From Podarcis tiliguerta (lineage: Eukaryota), in NCBI GenBank assembly GCA_965153285.1, contig OZ229110.1: DNA of 64,000 bases. One strand, 5' to 3'. Shown here in pieces: positions 40,616 to 52,300 of this stretch (within the stretch, counting starts at the first letter, position 1; every line of letters starts with the position of its first letter). Made by a program: the position numbers and the translations under genes. Under the pieces are notes generated by a model. The model ran no database searches. It was not told where the DNA came from and saw only the letters and a program-made list of their open reading frames with translations.

Positions 40616-42131
40616 ACGTAATACATATCTTACCTCCAACATTTTATATAGCTATATTCAAAATTAAGCAGAGTAGTTGAGAGAGGAGAATTTGCTAGAT
40701 AAGACAAAAGCTGCCCTAAATGTGTAGTGTGATGGATGTGATTCTGAGGGGAAGGACCCTTACATTAAACTTAATTGCACGAAAGCAAAATGTAACTGGA
40801 ACTGTAGCATGAAACAAGGTAGGTGTTCTTTCAGAAGATTCTTTGTTTTGAATTTGCTATTCAAGAGTAAGCTATCAAAAGGAATTCACATTTATTTTTA
40901 TGATTGGAAGAATAAGTACTAATTGTTGACTCTGCTTCAGTACTCCCTCCTGGCTTGAAGTTTCAATCATTAGCAAAACTACAAGAATGAATTGTATAAA
41001 ACTACAAAATACCTTTACTTTACATTACAAAGCTGAGTTTCTATAGATGCTTTGCTGTCACTTACAAAATGAATTTGAAACATCTTGCAAATAACAATTA
41101 TTGTTGAACAACCTGATCAAACCTGTTTGATTTACCTGCAGCAGCGCGAAACAGTTTGCATTTTTGCAACTAAATTGGTATCAGAAGTTTGGCAAGAGGG
41201 AGGAGGAACCAGCCAAAAGCAATGAACAAAGAGTACACTGATTGTTACCTAAAAATATGGCCTCCTTCAGACACAACCACAGTCATGTGGAAGATGCCAA
41301 ACATGTCATGCTATTTCATGTGACTGCACCATACATGAGAATACTTAAATCCTGTGAGTTGAGCCAATTGCACATGTCTCCCCCTGGCCCTCATATTGGT
41401 AAGGTGGCAATCAGCTCTGCTCATATAGTTGAGGTAATAACAATCTGCAAATACTCCACGGCAATGTGGAGTAGTATAGGGACCCAATTCCCACTTGACA
41501 GAATTAAGTTTGTCTTATAAATAATTATATAGTGAGATGACAGGACGTATGTATGCATACAAACATGCTTCTTTTTAGAGCATAACCATTCTTTTGAGTA
41601 AACTGTGGAAGAAGTCTAGGAAGAATAGATATAGTCAGTCCTCTCTCTAGGTTGCATACATTTCAAAAATGATAGAAGAGAGGGAGGATTGGCAAATGAA
41701 AATTTAGAGGAACATATAAATTTGTAGTCTGAGGGCGGGCTGGGAAATGACACTCCCACTGATTTTTATTTATTTTTTAATTTATAACTAAAGGTTAATT
41801 TCCCCCCCCACTTTCCGAAGAGAACATGTGACAAAGTCATTCTGATTTCTTACAAAACTAATTATAATTATATAGCTCTATAATGATATAGAGCTATATC
41901 ATTAGTTAATTTTGGCTCACCCAAAGATTTTTACTAGGAATTTAGTGTATCCTTAATCAGACCATTCACAAAGATCACCTAGCTTCATAAAATAGACACA
42001 AACCCCTCTATTCTAAGTGGACCATATGACCTTCAATCCATGTATGTATTGAAGTTTTCTGAGAAAATAGGGCATGCAGGGCAAGCTGCAGTATTATTTT
42101 GATTTTGCAAGTAGAGTTGCTAATGTAGGTG

Positions 42132-43381
42132 TTACTTTATAGACCTGTCCTTGACTGCTGAATGGGTGGCTTTTAAATCAACAGATGACATGTTTACACC
42201 AACAGGTGCCAACAAAGGCATCATCCTGGTGTTTTGCCTTCCTGAATCTAATAGGAAGCTTGCACTTTTTAGTCCAAAGGGTGCCAGTTTGGGCATGGGC
42301 TTCCACTGTGTGTCAAGGTGGCCGGGTTCCATATCAGTTTTCATCTGCAGAACTGGAAGAGACACATTTGTAGTTTTTGCCATGCATGGCACATTTCCCC
42401 AGCTTCTCCCACTAGTTGTTGAAATGTTACAATTTGGGTCCTTTACTTCAGAGTCCGGCATTAGATTGAAAACACCTGATTCAGATGAAGGATCTCTCAG
42501 GTTCCTGTCACTATTAGTGAGATCGTCGTCTTCCAACTGAAGCAGGAGTGGAGTTCCAGAACCACTACTCTCTTGCACAAAACAGAGGTCCTTATAGCTC
42601 TCACCCAATTTGCCAAACTGCAAGTGAAAGCCTTCTGCTGCTGCTGCAGCTGATACCGTGCAGTTTCCCATAACTTCCAGAGAAAACTCAGTGTTTGGGG
42701 AGTTGATAAGTTTTGATCTGTCTGGGGCCGCATCATTCAGCTGCTGATTGAGGGATACAATTTCATTCAGAAGTGAGGTGAGTGTTTCATCAGTGCCATC
42801 ATTCTTTAGGTCCATTAAGTCACTTGCATCCAGTGCTGGTTCAGGTATTGCAGAGGCTACTTTTTGCAGTTCCATTTCTACCCCGGAGTCCTTGAGTTCA
42901 TTAATCTGTAGCTTCTGAAACGAAGAATCCTTTGACTTTTGTCCCTCACCTCCCTTGTATATATCTTTTAACCTAACCCGATTTCCACTTAACTCTTCAA
43001 TGAAGAGTTTAGTTGCAAATAATTCTGGGGATCCCTTCATACTGGATACATTTACTATTTGTGGGAAACAGTTTTCTTTTTCCCTAAGAAAAACTTGAGC
43101 TGTTCCAGTAGCATCCCTCTGTTTTCTGGAAGATGGTTCCGCATTTCCTTCGGACTGAAAATCAGTTGTTTCCTGCAATACTATCTGCGTGGAAGGTAAG
43201 CATTTCTGGGAATCTGTATCCAGAGTTACATAAGGTTTCTTATTTAAATCCAGGAGTAAATTTGCATTTTCTTCAGTAGCCAGTGACACTACATTTACTA
43301 TTTGTATTTCCTTTGTATTTTCTTCAGTAGCCAGTGACATCACATTTACTATCCTTGGCATCATTAAGGAGTCTTCATTTT
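42132..43381 (-). CDS. MGA-B last coding exon
   Basis: CTTACAG|AA AAT GAA...MMPRIVNVMSL...TDETLTSLLNEIVSLNQQL...WKPMPKLAPFGLK; stop TAA at 42132. Confidence 0.92.
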
Positions 43382-46300
43382 CTGTAAGTAAGCCCAAACA
43401 AAGAAAGGCCTGTTAGAATACTGGTGAGAGAGGGAATGGGATTTAAAGAGCAACTTTTGGCATTGCTAAAGCCTGGGGGGATACTTGTAAGATTCCCAAG
43501 CTTCCCCCCCCCCCGAACGTATCATGGATCTGTCAAAAAAGATCCACCCAGTTTCAAAGGGGCTTGTTAAATAGCATGTGAGGCTGCTGTTTGAAAAGTA
43601 AAAGCCCAAAAGCTTTTATTCCATCTGAAAAACAGAAATGCTAACTATAAGAGATCAACTGCAAAAAAGAACAGAAGTGTCCTATATGATGATGAACCAA
43701 AACACAAATGTGGTGTAGTGGTTAAGAGCCAGTGTGGTGTAGTGGTTAAGAGCGGTAGACTTGTAACCTGGTGAACCGGGTTCGCATCCCCGCTCCTCCA
43801 CATGCAGCTGCTGGGTGACCTTGGGCCAATCACACTTCTCTGAAGTCTCTCAGCCCCACTCACCTCACAGAGTGTTTGTTGTGGGGGAGGAAGGGAAAGG
43901 AGATTGTTAGCTGCTTTGAGACTCCTTAGAGTAGTGATAAAGCGGGATATCAAATCCAAACTCTTCTTCTTCCTCCAAGTGGCAATTCACAAGCCACAAG
44001 AGCAGTGTGCAGAGCCACCTTATAGGAATCAGTATACCGTATTTTTCGCCCTATAAGACGCACATTTCCCCCTCCAAAAATGAAGGGGAAATGTATGTGC
44101 GCCTTATGGGGCAAATGCAGGCTCCTTGGCTTCAGCGATAGCAACGCGAAGCCTCCGAAGCCTGCGCTCCGGAGGCTTTGCGTTGCTTCCGCTGAAGCCA
44201 GGAGAGTCTGCTCTTTGAGGCTGGCCGTGGGGGAAAGCAGCGCTTCCCCCCTCGCCAGCCCCAAAGGATGGGGGGCAGCAGGAAGGCGCGCAACGCCTTC
44301 CTGCTACTCTCCATCCCGGCATTGAGGCTGGTGGGGGGGAAAGCAGCGCTTCCCCCCTCGCCAGCCCCAAAGGATGGGGGGCAGCAGGAAGGCGCGCGAC
44401 GCCATCCTGCTACTCTCCAACCATCCTGTGGGCTTTTGCGGGAGATGGGGGAATTCCCCTACCTCCCACAAAAGCAGGCAAAAGCCGTGCGCTCTTTAAA
44501 GGGGCTCCGCGGCTTCCGCTGGCTTTTCTAGGAGGTGGGGGAATTCCCACCTCCTAGGGAGGGAGTCCGTCCCTTCTCCCTCCTGTGGGCTTTTGCAGGA
44601 GATGGGGGAATTCCGCCACCTCCCGCAAAAGCAGGGAGAAGGTCTTGGAGTAGCGCACAGGCTGCGTGCAGCCTGTCCGCTGCTCCCAGAGCTGCGGGGG
44701 GGAAATCATATTTTTTTCCTTGATTTCCCCCCCTGAAAACTAGGTGCGTCCTATGGGCCGGTGCGTCCAATAGGGCGAAAAATACGGTAATTCTGCCCCT
44801 CCTGTCTCTCTCCCAGCCAAGCTGTTCACTCTAAGGAGATGCCTTTCTGCACCTCCCCAGGAACAGCCAGCCGCCTGTTCTTCCTTAGTTTCCCGTGTGT
44901 AGCTCTATGCCTTTCCTTTGAGTGAAAGGCTTGGGGTAGGATGCTGTATGCCTGGCAACGTGATGGCGGCCCCAAGCTGCCTTTTATGGGATGGCTCCAC
45001 ACACTTCTGCAAGCAAAACTAGACTTTGACTGTTTATTATTAGTGTGGGGGAAGGAGCTGCTACACTCAGGTACACATCAGATCTATGCTTCCCAGAATG
45101 CCCTGGGGATTTTGGTTTCACTTTGTATAAAAATCGCCTCCTTTCTGCAGCCTACCTGTGACACTGCTTCTGTTCTTGGAACATATTAATGGTTTCGTAT
45201 GCCTGTTGGACAGGATTACCGGTTTTGTCTCTCTAGAAAGAGAAAAGGGGCTATTTTCCACTGTGGAACTAGTAGTTCTTGCTGTTTTAATGATTTCCAC
45301 CATATCTTGCTGGTTCTGGTTCTCCTGCTTTTCTAGTGCCTTCTGCTTTGTAAAAATGTATTCTAGCTTCTTCAAGATCGCTTCCTGTGACTTGCCTACA
45401 GAGAAAACAAAGAGTTGGATATCCCTCACTTTGCAATTCAAAGGAACAAAAACACACATTAGCTCAAAATACAGTATTTCATAGTGCAAGATTAGTACCA
45501 TTTACAACGCACATGGCTCGCAAGGATATAGTTAGCAAGCAGAACATCTTTAATACCATTTGCGTCTTTGAAAGTATAATCCTTCGAATCCTACATGAAC
45601 AATTCATCCCAACCACTTTGAATCATCCTAGTATTCTCCTATGCTGGAATTTCTTTCTTCATCTACATGTTTTGTTTTGTTTATTTTTTTAAGAAAACCT
45701 GTCCATGGAGTCATCTCACCTGAGAGTGCAGACACTTTACGAATCAGGGTGTTGCGCTTGCACAACAGGAACTTCTTGTGGCTTGTCAATTGGTCTGCCT
45801 GATCTCTTAGCCTCTGGATATTTTCAGTGGCCTGGAAAGGGACGAAGAGGTCATTTTTACATTCCAGAGCAATACGGGGGGGGGGGGGGGGGACAGCTTC
45901 TCTTCTCTACTCTCAAAGCATCCTAAAAACAAAGCAATGACAGAAACTTTGCAGACATGTTAGCGAATCAGCTGCATTAAAAAATTAGGGCCTTTGTGTA
46001 TATTAGGATAGCAAGTTTCAGCTGGGGACAGAGGAGACAGGGCAAAAAATGCTATTGGTGGAAATAATTATCTTGGCAATTTGCCACTACAGTTAACTGG
46101 CTAATGTACTCAGAGAAAAAAGATTAAGCCAAATGCATTTGTCCAACATGGAGCTGAGTTGCTGTGGCACATTAGAAACCCCCATAAAAAAAAAAAATTG
46201 TATCTCTCTTTTCTATATCTTTCAATTTAAGATTTTTCATCTTGCTGCTGTTAAAAATCAAGTTCTCCTCTTGATGAAGAGGCATTTCCTTCCACATCGA

Positions 46301-49300
46301 GCTAAATGATGAACCATGTACCTGCTCAAGGAGGATGCGCTTGGCAATGCTGGGAGTGCTCTGCAATCCCAAGGCCCCCTGCAGTTTTTCAAAGAGTTCT
46401 TTCATTTCCTTACGCCGACGCTGTTCATCTGCTGTGTGTTTCGGCCGATAAGAAGTCATGCTTCGTGTCCAATTCTTTGGTTCTCTTTTCCAGAGTCCAG
46501 GCGGCTGTGGACAAGAAACAGCACTTTCACCAGACAGGGGGAAAAATGCAGTGACTGGTATAAATACTTGGGATTTTATATTATCTCCCAAACCTGGGCT
46601 TCTGCATGTCTCCACAAAGCTAGCCAGATGCTGGATGGGAATGCATGAATAAGCTAAACAGCTGTTTGGTTTTGAAGGTGCAACACTGGAAAACAAAGGA
46701 GCCACACAGGCTACTGTGCAGCAGCTAGGATTCTCACTTGGGTCACCAAGGGGAATGCGGAGAATGAAGAGAGCCTGAGTACCAATCCTGTCTCATGGCA
46801 CGCGCATAAAGCAAACAATGCCCTTAAGTAATTTAAAAAACAAAAACAACCCACTACCAGTCAATGTATACTTCAGCTGGAATACACACACCGCAAAGAC
46901 ACAACAGTAGAAAAGAAATGTATATTCACTTTAGGGGACGTTGCCATCACTTTATTTGAAGAGTCATGAGCAAGATGCCTAGAAGGATTTAAAAAGAGAA
47001 GTTGTGTTTAGTTGCACAAGTCATTCTGGCTCAGATAATAGCTTAACCTCAATCAAAACTGCAAGAAAACTTTCTTTGTGCTAAAAGGATCAGGAAGTTG
47101 TGCTCTGGTCACACAGGAAATGTCCCTGCTCTGTCCCCTCCTTCTGCTGTGCCCTTCTTGCTTTCTCACTCTGCTCTGCATGCTACTCAGTCTCTTGAAG
47201 TAAACAAATGAATGAACCAAAGGTTGCCTGAAACAGCACATCTTAGGCTCTTAGGACTCTCAAAAATATAATTTGAACTAACATACAAATTAAAGATGTC
47301 CTATATAGCCCCAATAAGCTGATAATATTTGTTATTTTTTAAAATTTAATCTTTGAGTACTAACATTAGTGATTAGGAAACAGTACATCAGCCTATTTGC
47401 CCATCTAGCCCAGGACTGGTCCCAGGCTGAGGTTTTCTGATCTCTTGATTCTTTTAAGTGGAGATGGCAAGAATCTTTTTCATACCAAGCAAGTGGTCTA
47501 CCATCAAGACAAGTTACCACGGAGTAAATTTAGCCTACAAGTGTGTACATCTTTGTATAAAGTCATAGCAGGAAGGAATTCCCACATTACAAATCAAGGT
47601 GCCCAGTCTGCTGTGTAGTTGCAGTTTCTTATGAGACATTAGATTTCTTTTCTCAATCAGTGAATCCAGCCCTTCAGCTATCTGCTTGATTACTCTGGGT
47701 TGGAAGAGGAAGGGCTCTGTAGAGGGGCCAAAAAGGGCTGAATTTAAGCTGTGGTTGCAAAGCTTGACGTTCTACATTGTATCCTTGAAAAGTGGTTCAG
47801 AGGGCAGGCCACCTTTCCAGCCGAAATGGTTCCCCAGTCCCGTCCTAAAGGCTATGAGCTAAGTTAATTAAAATTAAAATTAATTCATTCTGCGAGTTTT
47901 TTCGTCTTGCGAAGCACCACTGTGTATTGACGGTTTCCCATAGGAATGCATTGGCGGGGTTTTTTAAAAAGGCGCAAGAAGTTTCGTCTTGCGAAGCAAG
48001 CCCATAGGGAAATCCGTCTTGCGAAGCAACTCAGAAAATGAAAAACTCTTTCGTCTTGCGAGGTACCACTGTATTTTATAAAGAGCTTCTGGGTGATGCA
48101 TCATTGCAAAGTCTCACTGTGTGAACCAAATAAACCACACAGCAGAGCCTTGGTCTGCATTAAAAGTAACTATATCTGCTAGACATAATAAAAAATAGCA
48201 CGATGCTAAAAATCCATTTGCTGGTGTGTCTTTGTTGTTGTTGTTGTTTAAAAAAAACTTGCTTACAACTGTCTGGGAAGTAGGGCATGAGCTGCTGTAG
48301 TTTTCAGGTGAGAAATAATACTTTTCTTTTTAAACTCTTCAGGTTCAGTATTCATTTTCTTGTCACCTTGACTGGAGTCCCTTCCATTCTGAAACAGAAC
48401 ATTAAAAAGGCAGTTAAACTCAGTCCTGCAGAGAAGCTCCAGTCAGGTAATGTTTCATTTCAAACTCAGAATGTGGTGTGTTTCTTCCTTGTGCTAGCAG
48501 AGAGGAGGCAACCAGCAAAGGCAGGTGTGTTCATGGTAAACCATTGGCTATGGTATATTGTGACATGGAAACTGGCCTATTGCTCAAACATTAATACTCA
48601 GGGTATAACTGAAGAATGGTAATAAAGACCATTGTTTTAATGTAAAGTTGCAAAAACTTGTTAAGGTGTATAATTATTTAACTTTGGTGTTCTGAAGATT
48701 AAGTAACAAATTGAGTCTTACCAATTGAGAAGTATCACCTGCAGCTTCTTCAGGACAGTTAACATGATGCTCCTTGTTGTGCATCGCTGTAATGCTATAG
48801 GTGTGGTCTAACGATACAGCATCGGGATGGAAGATGGGAGAATCACTGGATAATTGCTCTACAATTTCGGCATACTTTTTGACCATCTCTGAAGTAGTAG
48901 CACTACTCTCACATATGATACTTTCAGAATGGAAATCTGATGGATGTGCTGGCAACTTATTTTCTTTTAATTTGGTATTGTATATTGTGATTTCTGACTC
49001 TTTGGCCTCCACCGTTTTCAAATGTGGTATTTTTTCTTCCAGCTTGACAGAACTGCACTCTCCTTTCCAATTGGTATTCTTTACCTGGAGGGATACAACA
49101 TGATGGACAGTGGAGTTTGGAACGTTTTTCAGCTCTGGAAACTGAACTACTGTAGTTAGCCTAATACCACAAAACAAAACTCATCTATGGCATTTGTCAA
49201 GACTCCATACACTCCAATTTCTGACTGAGTCATGAAAATATTTACACACTTTTTAACCAAAGAGGAAGTTAAATTCTCAACAACAAAATTTTTGCAAGAA

Positions 49301-52300
49301 GTTCAAATTCTGTGAGGAAAGCAAGTCTGGGTGGTAAAACTGGAGAAATTAGTATAAAGAGAAGTTAAGGAAAGGCAAACAGTAGAAATTTTACGCACAC
49401 ACCTTGGACCCAAAGATCCAAGGCAAGTGACGGCAGTAATCTCAATTGGTCACAGTGGTTCGCAAATAAATTGTGTTATAGTAAAAACATTTTGCTGCCA
49501 GATCTGTTTTACAAATTAAAGCAGTGTGGGATGCTCACCAGTGTTTCAGTCTGGTGGTCAGAACTCCCATCAATATCTTCCTCTGCAGAATCATCTGTTT
49601 TTTCACCATTTCCTATATCATCCTTGGTGATACCAAATGACATAGGACCATTTTTCCAATAGTTGGTTTTAGATGCATTTTTTCCTAAGCATTTAGCAAC
49701 TGGATTCTGGGATGATTTGCTCCAAGTTCTGTTGGGCTCAGCAAGGTCATCCTTAAAAGCTTGATTCTCTCCCCGTAAACCAGAAAGACCTTTTTTATAG
49801 CAAGAAACATTACAGTTCTCCTGAACATTAGCACTACTGTTAGGAAGATATTCTTGGGCACTATCCACACACTTCTTTCCTGGTGTGTAATTCTGGTCCC
49901 TTGTGCAGCAGATCTCAAGCTCTCCTCTCTCTGTTTCCTTGACATTTTCTATTTGCATGGAGTCACCCCTCTCTTTCCAGTGCCTCCTTAGCAGTTCAAA
50001 GTCATGTTGATTTTGCTGCCGACTCTGAAGCAATTTGGCCCTTTTCTGCTGCTGCTTTTCGGTATGGCTCATGCTTATAATCCGCTGCAGTTTACCAAAC
50101 AACGTTGGCTGTGTCTGCTTAGGTCCTTCCGAATCAGTCATGGGCCTTTGCATTTGGGCAGTGTGTGTTTGCTCCCCATTTGAACATTTCATATGCGGAG
50201 CCTCTTCCTGACGTGTGGGGCTTTTCTGCAATGTATCACACACAGGAACGTCAGTTTGCAAACCATCTTCAGCCTCATCTGACATACCTTCAAGGTACCT
50301 CCCATGCTGCTTCTCACTGCTCACAGTCACTTTAACTGTCTTACTTGGCTTCCTGCAAACATATGAATGGTCTGCCAATATCGCGTCTGATGGAATGTCA
50401 GGATGCAATAAAGGTTCCCCACTTAATAATTCTCCCCCTGCATCCACGTCGTCTGGAACAGTCTTTGTAGCAGTTGCACTTTTGTCAGGAATAAACATGT
50501 CCCCTTCTTCCTTCACCCGCAATGGCAAATCCGTAACAGCTTGGTCTGGCTCTGCACTACAGACTGCTGAAGGAAAGATAACAAGCAGCTTTAATGCTCT
50601 AATCAATGGAATAGCAGCGAGAAGAACCGAAGCAAATCCTGTGCTGTTCATTTTACCTCTAGTAAATAATAAACTAGGCAAAAGCGGGGAAAGGAGCAAC
50701 AAGTAGGAGCGAAGGTGACATCACAAGACTCCAATTGATATCAAAGTGGGGGAAAGCAAGAGCTTTGAAATTTAGCGCAACAAAGGAGACACTGAAAGTG
50801 GCATTCTTTTTGAAATCATTCCATTACCCATCCTCAGTCATGAGTGGTGTTTGTTTTGTAGCCCATGAGGGAAGGGAGGGATCCGTGTGCTTAGGGGTTC
50901 CCTGAAGTATGCAGATGCCAAAAAAACTGAAGGGAAAAAATGAAAGGTGTTTTAAAGGCTTCGTAAGGACTGTGAATGTGCACAGCACACGAAGAAGAAT
51001 AAAATATCAAAACAATCTTAAAACATCCTTCTACATACATCAAGGTCATGAGAAGTAAAACACGCATGGCTCCATCGCCCACTCAATTACCTTGGGATGC
51101 CTCTAACTGCTCAGGCCATTTCCTACTTTATCACTGTTTCCTTAGCAACCAGGCCTTCAACAGGGTTGTCGACATTCCCGTCCCTATCTGTTCCTTGGAA
51201 ACTTTCAAGGAGATGCCGGATTTCACTCAAAACAGACATAGCAAAACACCCTGAGTGACCATCTGTGGCACTTTCAGGGTCAGATAGGAAAGGAATGCAG
51301 CGTAGGAGTCATAAAAGACAGGAAAACCAAATCAAGCCTAATACATTCTAGCCAAAGGTTCAAGACAATCAGTATTGGAATTTTTATTTTTTTTAAGAAA
51401 GGACACCCTGATGTAATTCTTACATCAGCACCATTGCCATTCTAAGAGAACAAGGGAGGTGCTCATGGCGAGTTCGGGCGCCTCTTTTCCCATAAAAATA
51501 GCACTGTAAATAGGCCCTTGTGTTGCAGGTCCAGCATATATATATATATATGGATGGATAAGCCCATCGCAAAGAGTAACATGACAATTGTACGTGCATC
51601 CTTTCATGTGGGAGACAGGGGAGGAAAGACTGAAACATGCAATAAGCGGCAGTACCCTCAGTGGTGAAAAGCATCCTAAACGGAGCAAGAGAAAAGGTAG
51701 GGGAAATCCATGCCACAGAGATGGATGGGAGGGCAGAGTGGATGAAATTTGTAGGATGACTGGGTGCTCACCCATGGGAGGAAGCCAGGAGTGTAAGGGT
51801 TCAGCACTAAAGGGTGCCAGTACGGCAGATGTTGGAGGAACAGTCCTCTAATTCACTGCTGATCACAGAAACTTAAAAGGCAGGCATGGCACCTTCTCTG
51901 TCCCTCCACCCTCATCTAAGACTAAAAAAAGAAGACGTAGCGAGTGACATTTAGAAATCCATGACTCCCCTAGCAAGGATATTCTGAACACACATGTAAA
52001 ACAGAAATGGAACCATATCACTGAAATAACGTCAGGTCACCACACCAGCCTGGTTCACACATCATGGTAAACCAAACCATGGCTTAGAATGAACGTGTGA
52101 GTGCTCCAAAAGCAGCTTATTTATCCCCAACCTAAGATAGTCCATACACACATAAATTTGGTAAAAAAAACCCCAACCAGCAACAAAGCACACAAACACA
52201 CAGGGTGTGACGGGACGAAAAAAGCACATAAAAGGGGGAGGGGAGTCAAAAGAAATAATAATAAGATGTTTTACCAGAGAAACAATGGCAACATTTTGTT

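Noticed and set aside
43733-43800. tRNA-like A and B boxes
   Set aside because: Head of a tRNA-derived SINE followed by SINE body and tail, not a tRNA gene.
47053-47241. Alternative candidate for B exon 19
   Set aside because: Phase-compatible but no similarity to A exon 19, whereas 46930-46978 matches in size and sequence.
51050-51925. Exon-like pieces in B intron 9 (good acceptor at 51921, donors at ~51772 and ~51091)
   Set aside because: In-frame stops in the required phase and no similarity to the missing A exons; exon 9 already splices in phase to 50566.
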